Source: Balanoglossus misakiensis (taxonomy: Eukaryota; Animalia; Hemichordata). Taken from it: a stretch of DNA of 64,000 nucleotides. This document shows positions 1-11,442 of the stretch, piece after piece. Numbering within the stretch: the stretch's first letter is position 1; every line of letters starts with the position of its first letter. Made by a program: the position numbers and the translations under genes. The notes under the pieces are model-generated. The model saw only the letters and a program-made list of their open reading frames with translations. It made no database searches and was not told where the DNA came from. Location: NCBI GenBank assembly GCA_040954595.2, contig CM082593.2:10177200-10241199 (forward strand). The letters are read 5' to 3'.

Positions 1-954
1 CGCAGAGCTATGTGACCTTCTGAGTCATATAATAATGTCACATTTAGTACTACATTATCTCTATGGAAACACAGCTAGGGGGAGGGTGGAGGGGGGGGGG
101 GGGGTTCTATGCTGGTTTCCCCCATCATAGACCCACCCGTGACCCCCACCACAAAAATCTGTAGTGAAACAACAGCCAAACCAGTGCACTATATCACAGT
201 CCATCTATTACATACTGTGACTGTATAAGCTAAAAAATAAGACATTCACTTTTTGAAATAAACATTTCTCTGTTAATTATCTCTGAAAGCTTGATATAGG
301 AGAACATTTCGGTTACTTCAATGTCACCATTGTTTTCACTACTATCACGTAACAAGCAATTTAAATTACCTTCGCAAAAACAGTATGCTCTATGTTTTTT
401 TGTTAACGCTTTGAGATGTCTGGCTCAAATCTTCGTGAATGCAAGCTGTCATAACTTTTGTACAAAGTAGTGTCTCATTTTTTTTTAAAGCAACTAGCTT
501 GATTTTTAAAATGAAAAAAACTTCTGATATACTAGGAATAGTAGGATTTATTCACTGCTCCAGAAGTTTTCTGAATTACAATGCACTTAACGGGACATTA
601 GCTGTAACTTTTGGCTTTAATTGATGTACATATATTTTTGTTCTGAGTATTAATGGGAATTTCTTGTTCTACTCCAAACAGCATGCTAATATACCCATTT
701 ATACTTCACTTGTCAACATAGCCCGTGAATGTGTAATGTTATCATTCACATTTTTTTACTACTGTTACGTAAATATGCAACATGTCTAAAAAATATGTTT
801 TTATAGAATATATTTATTTATTTAGAGTAAAATGTTTTTGGTGACATTTAAATATTTAGTGGATGGTATTTTATACATCAATTGTGGGTTTCAACATATT
901 GTTGGGAGTAGCACAAGAATCTTAAGTGGCCACATAGAATTAATTTTCAACCTT

Positions 955-1131
955 CAGTAAAACCTGTCAAAACCAAACCCTGTCTAATCTGGAAACCTGT
1001 CTATACTGAACACCTTTTCAGTACCTTCAACATAGAATCACATGTTAAAAGAACCTTTACAAACTGGAAATGTCTGTAAACTGAACAATTTCTTCAGTGC
1101 CTTCAGTGTTCGGTTCAGACAGGTTTTACTG
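955..1131. mobile_element. Tc1/mariner(pogo)-type MITE with CAGTAAAACCTGTC termini
   Basis: CAGTAAAACCTGTC at 955 and GACAGGTTTTACTG ending at 1131, followed by TA. Related CAGT...ACTG elements occur at ~35160-35346 and ~40209-40377. Confidence 0.65.
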
Positions 1132-1136
1132 TATTT

Positions 1137-1596
1137 AATTTCTCACACTGCTGGCCGCTGGGAGTGTGGGATAGGATATCCCCGACGAGTGTGAGAAATA
1201 CGATCTCAGGTCCTTGGGAGTGTGAGATTCTATTATTCTCACACTCTCACTGAATCGAAAGCTGTATATGACGCGAGCGCTGATTGGTTGACAAAGAGTT
1301 CTTTCTCTTCGCGCACTAAATGTTATCCAATGGCGTGATGTGTATTACAGGCACAGAACTATAACGTGCCCCCAGACGACAGTTCCACAGTCATTTATTC
1401 AATGTTTTAACGAATTTGGCTAATTTGTGACCGTGTGAGAAAAATAATCTCACACACCAAGGACCTGGGATCGTATTTCTCACACTCGTCAGGGATATTT
1501 TGTCCCACACTCGCCTGCGGCTCGTGTGTGACAGAAAATCCCCAACTCGTGTGAGAAATACGATCCCAGGTCCTTGGGAGTGTGAGATTCTATTAA
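1137..1596. mobile_element. Non-autonomous DNA element of the 'CTCACACTCCCAAGGACCTGGG' family
   Basis: Internally repeated and inverted GTGTGAGAAATACGATCCCAGGTCCTTGG motifs. A reverse-oriented copy lies at ~33649-34044 and a fragment at ~31090-31170. Confidence 0.6.
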
Positions 1597-2796
1597 TCCC
1601 AAATGTCATAGCAGCTGCCCCTTTAAAACAATTTCTTTAAAAAATGTGTTTCTAATAGATTTGGTCAGGTGGAAAAGTATGTCACATACTGTTTTCACTG
1701 AACACTGATGTGGTTGCAATTTTATTGACACAAATTGAATCACACTATGCATCACATTAGACTTAGGGGTAAACCATTTTATATTTAGGAGAGTGCAGTT
1801 TAGTTTCTACTCTGCCTATTCCCTGATGTTTTTTCTTTACTATTTGGCAGAGGCAAAATGCAGACTTGTTATGGAAGTGTTCCTAAGTAACTATGCATAA
1901 ATTATTTCTATTAATCTAAGCACATTATGTAAAATATAAATCAACCAGGTAGACTCATGTCTCCCCCTACAGTAATGGTGACAATTCTTTTTATAGTACC
2001 CAACTTACTCAAGTAAACACACTTAATGTTAGCAAACAGTCCTATAGATATAGCCTGGTCCCCTGTCCCATTCCTGCTGCTGGTAGTGACAGCAGGGTTA
2101 GAAAGTGGGCAGAGAACAAGAGTATCTTACAGGCCTCTTTCATGACCCCTGTGTGACCTTACATCCTGGTGATTTGTTGGTTTGACATCATTCATCATTC
2201 AATGTTGAACAGCTAACCTTTTCTAACAGGCAATGTTCACCAGTTTTGTTCAAGGATGAGAAAAAATGCATTGATTCAATAGCATGGTTGGTAAACTCGA
2301 AATTGTATACTCACACCGACAAAAAGCCAGGATGTAGAGGTCAAAAGGGGTCATAAAAGTGGCATGATATAGCACAGTTGCCAGTGGTGTAATGTTTATA
2401 TGAACTGTGCAACTTCATTCATATTTCTTAGTGGCAGTAATGTTATTATAAATATAAACTGACATCTGAAATCACTTTGCGATGTCGAAATTCAGTGGGA
2501 AGAAACAAACGCCAAAAGTTACCACATTTTATACTGACACTTATTTGTTTTGTACAGTTTACCCTATGGATCCAGCTATCATAGGAATAGGTGCAATAAT
2601 TGTAGCTTTGGTGGGCTGGTTGATCGCTTATGGGCTTGATCAATCATCCCATCTAGGCTACAATTATTGCAGATATCATAGGAAGGGCACATTGGGAACC
2701 CCCCTCCCCCTCACACACACACACACACACACACACAATTTGGGCGACAACACAATATATATATGATGCAGTCTACAAGTTGCACCGAAATATCTT

Positions 2797-3690
2797 TAGG
2801 TCCCATTTGTATATACTGGTGGTACCTCATGAGATCGGTTGCGTCCGTATGGATGTATGTCCGTTCACATCAAAAACTTGAAAACCGCTGAGCATATAAC
2901 CTCGATATTTGGTGTGCAGATGCAGGCAGGGCTGTAGATGGGAGTTTGTTCAAATGAAGTTGTTGGGAAAAACGTAAATTTGGCCAAAACTCAGAAACTC
3001 AACAACCACTGGTCATATTGATTTGAAAATTGGTATGCATGTACCTTATATTTACCTCACACAGTTGTGTATGTTTTGAACTAATAGTTTGTATTTTCTA
3101 TAATTTATGTATTTTTTTGTCTTTTTCCACATTTTTGGTAAAAAATCTACTTTTCTGGAATTGATGACCTGACTTCTTTGAAATTTAGTATGGGGCTTCA
3201 TATAGGTGATGTGAGTTATCAAAGTTTTGTTTAAATTTGCTGCAAAATTTGCAAATTTATAATTTTGGTGCAAATTTTGCCTTTTTGATCAATTTTTTTC
3301 TGTAAAACCGTTTGTCAGATTGCTTTGAAATTTGGTAGGCATAGAGATGTGTGTTTGTCAAATCAATTTGTAGAATTCAATAGTATATTTTTGGGGTGAT
3401 TTTTGCCATTTTTGGTCAAAACTCTTTCTCAGAACCCTCTACCCCATTGCTTTGAAATTTGATTTGAAGGTTCCATGGTGAGTTGTCATGATGATTTACA
3501 AAACCTATGATGAAAGTGTCAATGTTTTGTGGGGGCAATGTCTTGTATTTTGGGGGTATATTTACCAATTTTGATAAAAAATTATATTTCTCAGAAAGTG
3601 TACACTGTATGGCTGATTTCTATAAATTTTAGTTGTAAGTTAATGGGATTGGCTTCTTTAGAATTATTATGAAATCATATCATAGGTAAT
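2797..3690 (+). mobile_element. Dispersed repeat, Helentron/HINE-like
   Basis: Starts TTTAGGTCCCAT, then GTATG-type microsatellite and CACATCAAAAACTTGAAAACC core. The same family occurs at 8333-8809 (reverse) and ~48070-48900. Confidence 0.5.
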
Positions 3691-4562
3691 TTGGAATTTC
3701 TACTGGGCTTGCGTTTGATATTTTATTTTTTACGCGCAGTGCACGCAAAGAGCCAATTTTTTTTTCGTGAAATTGTATTTGAATTACGTGCAACAAAATA
3801 GCGATAGACAAGCAGGCTTTCAGATAAACATACTTGAATGAGTTCTCCCTTCATGTCTAGATGGCCCAACACAAAAAATATCATTTAGAATGTAGCGAAT
3901 AAAGTACATAAACATCATGAAAGAGACTGTGTACAGTGGTCCCCCCCCCCCCCCGATACGTATTAAGTACAGACAAGGTATGGAATTCTTGTGTTATATC
4001 ATCAAGGAAAATGACCCAGAAGCCCTACTTGCTTTGTTATATCTAATGGCTTCTGTGTGCATAAATTATAGCCCGACACGTGTCAAGTTTGTGGCCTAGG
4101 TTACCGCACGTACATCATTGTGCGTCCTGCTACAGCATACAAGCGCGCGTACGCGTACATGTGTACAGGGCGCCTGACCGGCCAACCTTGACAAGGCGCC
4201 CCAGATAGCCTCGCCCGCTGTTATCTTTCAATGGATTTTTTTTGTGCGCATGTCACGCAACTGTGACAACATATTTGCGCGCACACATTGTAGTTTTGTG
4301 TTATTTAGTGTTATTTTAAATGGGTGTCACACCGATTTAATCAGCCTCCATTCAAAGAGTACACAACAGTCGTGTTATGCATTAATTAGCAAAAGATGAT
4401 AAACTGATGCGGATACAATCAATATAGCTTAATGGTGATGATTCTAAAGCAGAAGGCTAATTCGCGGGTTCCGAGTTCTCAATAAAGTAGAAAGTTCATA
4501 GACTCTTGTCGCCTGAGGGCGTGCGAGTTGGGATCACTGCACTTCCGGTCCTGAATGAGGTC

Positions 4563-6235
4563 ATGTTTACATAAGTTCCTGACCTGAGAAAGTTTTTGTC
4601 GGAAAGAGGTATAACTTGTTGTAATACCTGGAAAGATAGACTAATTCAGGTAGTGGAGTTAGCTATAGAACTGGACGTTCGGCCACTAGAGCCTGGTGAC
4701 CAGGAAATTTCGAGCAAAAAAAGGCGGACGGTAGCAGACAATCGCGACCCAGCCAAAACATCACTTTGCCTGATCCGGCGACGATCACCGAGTGGGTCAG
4801 CGACCTCCATTCTCTTCTGAGGCTGTAATTGTGTTGCGTAAGTATTTTTTTATATAAATTTTATCATTTTAATCCACCGTGGCTTTTAGTTCTACCAGTG
4901 TGACTAGGTACATAGAAATGGTGGGTTGAAATAACCATGGTTATACATGTATTTTGACATTTGTTTTTTAGTTCGGTTTGCTTTATTTGTGTGTTTGGAT
5001 GAGAAAACTGTCAGTAGAGTCTGACAGAATTGTCTATGTTTTTCCAACAGTATCTGTTGACTAATTTAAAGTGCTGTTGAGGACTGTAAATCAGGATTTG
5101 CAAAATTAGATAATATTTGAAAATAGTTAATATGATTTCATTCTCCATTTGATGCATTGACGTTTTAGGTTTGAATACCTCAGTTTTCATTTGACAGTCA
5201 CTGCAGAGAGGCATAAACAAAAAAGCTGCAATCATGCGTTAACATTTACCATGTATCTGAATTTTTTTTACAGTGAGCATGGAACATGCAAACATTGTGT
5301 TGCATTGTTGTTTAGCATCAACGACTTCGATAGACGCCACAAAGACAGAAATATTCAAGTTGGTACTGATGTTCCTGTAAGTGGGATAAACCCCGCAGAG
5401 AGTCCACTCCTATGGAAATAGATGAGCTTGACATTAGAAAGGATAAGTCTGAGCCTGACACACCAAGACCAACTGTGTCCAACTATTATCCAGGTGCCAT
5501 TTGATGTCCTCCCATGATACCCTCCCATCAGGACTTGAACTAAGATATGGCTTGTCAGAACTGATGACTAAGCCAACATCTTGAAATTTCACTTTCCGGT
5601 GCAACTTTTTGTATTGCTCATGATATAAATGCTTAGCAACAGGTTCATGTTTAATACCACAATCAATGTGGGTTGAAGGTATTGTCCTGTGACTGCCAGA
5701 CATAATTTTTTGGACTATGTAGTCATTCAAATCCCGAGTTTCTTTCATGTGAAGGATATCATGTGCAATACTGGCAGTAACGCTCCCTTGTCTATACAAA
5801 TACCAATCCTCATAATCTCTTTGATCAGCTGTCAGTGATGACATAAAATCAATATCAGCTTCTGATACAGATTCTCCAATATAGCTAGTAAAATCACTAT
5901 CATTGCCAGCTTTAAATGTGTGAAATCAAATGTTCCAGCAAACACTGCAATATATTCCCATGTGATATATCAAGCCTAGAGTTCCCAAATACCATGTATT
6001 TTTGGATGTAGATGGCAAAGTGTGTTTGAGGAGGACATCAAAATGGTATACCCAAATACAAATGCAACTTGCTACTTGTAAACTGCAATGGTGTGATTTT
6101 GTGTTATTCACAAGAAAAGCCATTTCAATAGAGAGGATATATTTCGATGAATTGTTTGGGAAAACAACTGAAGCTAAACTTTCTACATTTTATGAGGATT
6201 TTATTGTAACTAACATTGTTGTCAGTTGTACATAG
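4563..6235 (+). pseudogene. SAP-like + SWIM + YqaJ (lambda-exonuclease-like) protein relic, internally inverted
   Basis: VPDLRKFLSERGI...KDRLIQVVELA; CKHCVALLF (SWIM end). YqaJ motifs W...RQGSVTAS, G..HE, GLVIS..PYLSSSPDG lie on the - strand (5434-5844 ORF). EIKC...YTQIQMQL...CDFVLFT...IERIYFD lies on the + strand. Stops and frameshifts present. Confidence 0.8.
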
Positions 6236-6307
6236 AACTGTTGTTGATAGTGAAAAGGATAACCAGGGTATAGCTTAGTATTGTTTACTTTTATTTTACA
6301 AGACAAG

Positions 6308-6563
6308 TGACTCTCACTTTTTGTTTCACTTATGACGTCAAAGAGGTTGTGACTGTAGAGAGATCAAATACAAAATATGTTGTAAGGGAATCAAGGAATG
6401 TTTGCATTAACCAACTAACCTACTAACCGAAACCAAGTTCCCCAGTTCACTAACCAACTGACCAACTAACATACAATATTCCCTTACAACATATTTTGTA
6501 TTTCACACTTCTCTGCAGTCACACCCTCTTTAATGTCAAAAGTGAAACAAAAAGTGAGAGTCA
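6308..6563. mobile_element. Foldback MITE nested in the ISL2EU-like element
   Basis: ~85-bp arms TGACTCTCACTTTTTGTTTCACTT...ATGTTGTAAGGGAAT and their reverse complement, separated by an ACTAACC-type spacer. Confidence 0.7.
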
Positions 6564-6958
6564 TCATTCATGGTACTTCTAAAACTAGTTAGTAGAGTGA
6601 TGTGTGAAACTCTTGTGAAAGCATTAAGATATGAATCAAAAAGACACCACATGTACAGCCACAGTTACATTTTTATTGGCTGAATAAAATTCATGACATG
6701 TCTAAAAATGTAACTATTATAAATGCTTTGTTTTTTTGTGTGTGGAGTAAATGTCAGCGAGTGTGAGCGCGTATGTGTAGGGAACACGTAGCGACGCTAC
6801 CAGAAACCATGAGATCAGTCTCAAATTCGAAACTCGCCTCACTACCAGAAACACGCTCAAGGCAAGCACGCACACAATATTGAGATTATGAATAAAGACA
6901 AACAAAAAATCACCGCAAACACACACAAAGTATTGATATTCCAAAAATCACCAAGCGA

Positions 6959-7132
6959 CTAGTGGGCATCCTTTCGACGTAACACGGAAATCCACTGCTG
7001 GCGAAGTCGGCGATGTTTCTCAGTTGGGAATGCATGAAATGTCACGTCTGCCAATCCTGGGTATTTTGCGGCGTTTCTTTTATTGCGCAAGCTGATAGTA
7101 CACTCCGGAGCCGCACAAAACCAATTAACCAT
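6959..7132 (-). pseudogene. Truncated THAP zinc-finger domain (N-terminus of a deleted transposase)
   Basis: Manual translation MVNWFCAAPECTISLRNKRNAAKYPGLADVTFHAFPTEKHRRLRQQWISVLRRKDAH* shows the C-x4-C, FHxFP and RxxW THAP motifs. Confidence 0.75.
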
Positions 7133-7453
7133 TTTCAGGAAGTCTTTTTGTCAAAATAATGCCAGTACGGAGTTGCAAGCAGAAGTGATCACGATCGATC
7201 ACACATGCACTGCCGCCATTTTGAATTTTGGTCCCATCGGATCATGCACTTTGTACTTATAATGACGTCATTGATACGCCCTCACGCGGCCAAGGTGGCC
7301 TGTTTCGGTAACTCGGAACCCACGAATTGTCATTAGTATCATACATGCAGAGCCTGAATTTGCCACTTTCTATTGTTCTCACCAAATTTAGTGTAATAAC
7401 CCCTAAGTACCACCCTCTAATTTTAAAGAACACTAATTATGGAAGCCCATTAA

Positions 7454-7538
7454 CCCTTTCACAACCAAGGTTCAGTCAAAACCCATTGTTTTCTATGAAA
7501 AGGTTTGACCTGCATAGAAGGAACTTGGGGTGAAAGGG
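7454..7538. mobile_element. 85-bp piggyBac-type MITE
   Basis: TTAA|CCCTTTCAC...GTGAAAGGG|TTAA. Degenerate copies at ~9726-9814, ~25050-25137, ~40400 and ~47000. Confidence 0.7.
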
Positions 7539-7699
7539 TTAAAGGGACAAAGTCGCTCTTTTTGACTTTTGACTCACTTGCTTTTATTAGAGGTTCCTAC
7601 CTTTAAATGTTTCATAAAATGTTTAATCAAATCTGTCTACAATCAGAGTAGACATTGTTTACATATACCTTTTGTTAAATGATTGTTGTTGTATTTCAG

Positions 7700-7798
7700 A
7701 TTGTTGTCAGGAGCAGGTGAGAAATATGGTATGATTTCTGAAGGTCTGAGTACTGCATTGCAGTTATTTGACGATATGAAGAGGTTACGATATTCAAG
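7700..7798 (+). pseudogene. MED25: MED25 VWA-domain exon
   Basis: tttcag|A TTG TTG TCA GGA...TCA AG|gtaatt; LLSGAGEKYGMISEGLSTALQLFDDMKRLRYS. Confidence 0.85.
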
Positions 7799-8332
7799 GT
7801 AATTATGGTAAAATTCTGAGTTTCAAGATCATTCTCTACATATGGCCCTGACTTTTTTTGGTGGTTTATCTGTTTTTGTAAAGTTCACCATGTCAACCAG
7901 GAAATGATTCCATACAGACAGTGGAGTACAACTGAGATGTGAAGTACATTGAAACCTGCCTAGGAAGGACACCTCTGGGACCACAAAATGTGTCCTTAAT
8001 AGAGAGGTGTCCTTAAAGGGACAAATTCTCTCCCTCGCTGCCCCTTTTCCATGAATTAGGTTTGTTACAGGGCACCATTTCTGTTATTCTCCATGTGGAT
8101 ATATAGTGAATCAATGTTTCACCACACACAACTTCAACCCTGCTTGTAGCCACCAGAGTGATAAAAAACACACGCCAATAATCGGTCTCTATCATTTATT
8201 CATTTTATGCGAGTTTTTATGCTCATATCATTCAAGTGGGATGGAAATTGTGTATGGTTGAACGTTCATTAACTACATATACACATGTACATTAATATAA
8301 AATGTCTCTTGTATCAAACATAATGGAAAAAA

Positions 8333-8809
8333 TCGCGTCAAGGACACAGTGGTCCCATTGAGGGAATACACAAGAAAAAGTCTACACCGGAGTAAATGGC
8401 GATATACTGACAGACACACACACTAAATAGAACAGCTGGCCTCTTTAAAACTTAGCCAGTTATGTAATCATTCAGGAATTTCCTGTGTATATAAACAACT
8501 CAATAAAGTAAATACACACCACTTCGCAAAGCAATCTGACCAGTAGTTCTTGAGTTACTGAGTTTTGACTAAGTTCACATTTTTCCAGCTAATTTGCATA
8601 TTTTTGGCAACGACAACTTCATTTGAACAAACTCCCATCTACAGCCCAGCCTGCATGTGCACACCAAATATCAAGGTGATACACACAGTGGTTTTCAAGT
8701 TTTTGATGTGGACGGACATACATCCATACATCCATCCATACATACATACATACAGATGCAACCAATCCCATAAGGTCCCATGGTATATAGGCCTATACCA
8801 ATGGGACCT
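8333..8809 (-). mobile_element. HINE/Helentron-like non-autonomous insertion
   Basis: Absent from duplicate copy 2 (TAATGGAAAAAAGGGCAGC at ~24111). Inserted in an A run without an obvious TSD. Has a terminal hairpin AGGTCCCAT...ATGGGACCT, a (CATA/CATC)n microsatellite and a second GGTCCCATT subterminal motif near the other end. Confidence 0.55.
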
Positions 8810-9880
8810 AAAAAGGGCAGCGAGAGAGAGACTTTGTCCCTTTAACAGAAATGTGCATGTAATATTCTATTCAAACCATTACTCTTGTCTTGAACAATCT
8901 TTCCTTAATAGAAAGGTGTCCTGATTAGAGAGATGTCTGTATTAATTGACAGGTTTCACTGTATTATCAACATTTTCAGTTTCATAATCCTTCTGGATGT
9001 CTTTGTCAGAAAATTTTGACAGCAGCCAAAACTTTCTCTGCCATACTCACAATAAGAGAAAGCTTGCACCTGTGTGTAAAACGGGTTATTTTCGCAAGCA
9101 ATTAATTTTTGCGAAATAGGCGAGAGCCAACAAAATGTGAAAAGAAAAAGTTGCGTAAAATGTTTTTCGGAGATAAAGATGCAATGAAATACAAGAACAT
9201 GAAAATTAATCCTCGCATAACAGTTGCCTCTTTTAATATCGCGAACATTTCCTGTCACGAAAATAATCCGTTTTACAGTAATATTGAAGGTCAGAATGCT
9301 TTTGATGAGAGAACAATACACCAGTTGCAAAGTATCTTGACTAACATAAAAATGATGGTATTTTCTGAAGAAGATATATTCTCGCAGTTGGTGTTTTGTT
9401 TCCTCATCAAAAGCATTCTGACCTTCAATATTATTCTGTTGAGCTATACATGCAATCTAGTCTGATCAGAGATGATTATATCATCGACAATAGATCCTGG
9501 ATACTAAAAGAGCATAAAATGACTGCGACAGATACCTTGTTAGTTGTAACAGGTGTGAAATAAGAATTTGGATAACACTGACAGTATTTTGGCTATTGTT
9601 GGGGGGTGGGGTGGAGCAATAAGTGATTTTGAAACCCCATGTAACACCTGTCTTACCATTAATATGACTGCATTTATGGTACCATAAGGAATGTTAACAA
9701 AATGACTGGGGAACCCTGGTTACATTACCCTGATCACCACAATGGTTCAGTCCAACTGCATTGTTTTCTATGTTAAGGTTGGAGCACTGAAGAGGAAATT
9801 GGGGTGGAAGGGTTAAAAAAAACACTGACTGACAATACTGCCAATAACAAAATATTGTTTTATCTTCTCTTTGTATACAG

Positions 9881-10000
9881 CGCACCAATATAGAAACATT
9901 GTATATTGATCTGAACTCTCCTCCATATCCTTTGCCAAGTCAAGGTAGTATTAATTACAGTGGATTTACTGTAGAACAATTGGCTGCCATGTTGGGTGAG
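9881..10000 (+). pseudogene. MED25: MED25 VWA exon, copy 1 (nonsense + 1-bp deletion)
   Basis: API*KHCILI(frameshift)NSPPYPLPSQGSINYSGFTVEQLAAMLGE|gtaagt. The counterpart at 25206-25326 is open. Confidence 0.85.
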
Positions 10001-10159
10001 GTAAGTAAGCGATGTAAAACATTTCATACAACACTGCATACTAACAATAGTCATATCAACCTGACAAGGGAAGATGAAAAAAGCCTAAGCCCCTTTGAAC
10101 AGCTGTATTTTCTTGGAATCTGGTTTTATAATACACTTTGATTGATTCCCTTACGAAAA

Positions 10160-11117
10160 AGTTCTATAGAACTTCTATTGCTTTTCAATAAAAATTTCTA
10201 TTAAGAATCAATGGATATTCCATGGAAACTCAATGGAATTTCTATGGAAATTCTATTGACTTCTATGGACTTTTGGCCACTTTTCAATTAAACTTCTATA
10301 GAAGAGATATAGATTTCAATTGATTTTCTATAGAAGAGATATAGATTTCAATTGATATTCTATTGATTTTCTATAGAAGAGTTATCGATGTGTATTGATT
10401 TTCTATAGAAGAGATATAGATTTCAATTGATTTTCTATTGAACTTCTATAGAAGAGTTATAGATGTGTATTGATTTTCTATAGAAGAGATATAGATTTCA
10501 ATTGATATTCTATTGATTTTCTATAGAAGAGTTATCGATGTGTATTGATTTTCTATAGAAGAGATATAGATTTCAATTGATTTTCTATTGAACTTCTATA
10601 AAAGAGTTATAGATGTGTATTGATTTTCTATAGAAGAGATATAGATTTCAATTGATATTCTATTGATTTTCTATAGAAGAGTTATCGATGTGTATTGATT
10701 TTCTATAGAAGAGATCTAGATTTCAATTGATTTTCTATTGAACTTCTATAAAAGCGTTATAGATGTGTATTGATTTTCTATAGAAGAGATATAGATTTCA
10801 ATTGATATTCTATTGATTTTCTATAGAAGAGTTATCGATGTGTATTGATTTTCTATAGAAGAGATATAGATTTCAATTGATATTCTATTGATTTTCTATA
10901 GAAAAGTTATCGATGTGTATTGATTTTCTATCGAAGAGATCTAGATTTCCATTGATATGCTATTGATTTTCTATAGAAGAGATTTAGATTTCAATTGATT
11001 TTCTATTGAACTTCTATAAAAGAGTTATAGATGTGTATTGATTTTCTATAGAAGAGATATAGATTTCAATTGATTTTCTATTGAACTTCTATAGAAGAGT
11101 TATAGATGTGTATTGAT
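10160..11117. repeat. Left subterminal tandem array (~75-bp subunits, 150-bp period) rich in TTCTATAGAA, TCAATTGA and TCTATTGA
   Basis: GTTATCGATG recurs at 10381, 10531, 10681 and 10831. TTCTATAGAA and TCAATTGA palindromes are dense throughout. Confidence 0.9.
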
Positions 11118-11442
11118 CCTGTATTATCTGGTTACCAAAGACAGAGGGGTGGGATTGGGGCAAAAAGATTGATATTTATAAAAAAAAATACTTCACTGAA
11201 TACTCAGCATATTCTTTCAGTCTGTTGTTTAATATTAACACATAAATGTGCTAAATACAGTGTTGCCTCAGTCAAATTAGTTTTCTGCTGGCTTTCAGTG
11301 AAATATTTGAGAAAAAACCAACATACTCATCAAATTAAAACTTAACATTTTATTGCAATAAATCAATAAAAAAGGTGACATGAAAAATAGAGTTTAAATA
11401 AATAAAGATAAGCAAAACACATAAATGAAACAGTTAACCACA

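Larger units (their letters stand above)
4462..7325. mobile_element. Decayed ISL2EU-like (PIF/Harbinger-related) DNA transposon
   Basis: TIRs TCGCGGGTTCCGAGTT / AACTCGGAACCCACGA, each flanked by AT (taAT|...|ATtg). Contains a SAP-like/SWIM/YqaJ gene relic (+) and a convergent THAP N-terminus (-), the gene pairing known for ISL2EU. Confidence 0.7.

Noticed and set aside
2052-2124. TAGCCTGG... degenerate palindrome
   Set aside because: The arms are too degenerate and no TSD is identifiable.
2230-2291. Possible upstream MED25 exon (QCSPVLFKDEKKCIDSIAW)
   Set aside because: Similarity is weak and the splice phase does not join cleanly to the exon at 7700.
2482-2766. ORF with a hydrophobic TM-like stretch (AIIGIGAIIVALVGWLIAYG)
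   Set aside because: It has no recognisable family, runs into a (CA)n microsatellite and has no supported link to other exons.
10160-11117. CRISPR-like appearance of short palindromic repeats
   Set aside because: There are no unique spacers and no cas genes, and the context is eukaryotic. These are transposon subterminal repeats.
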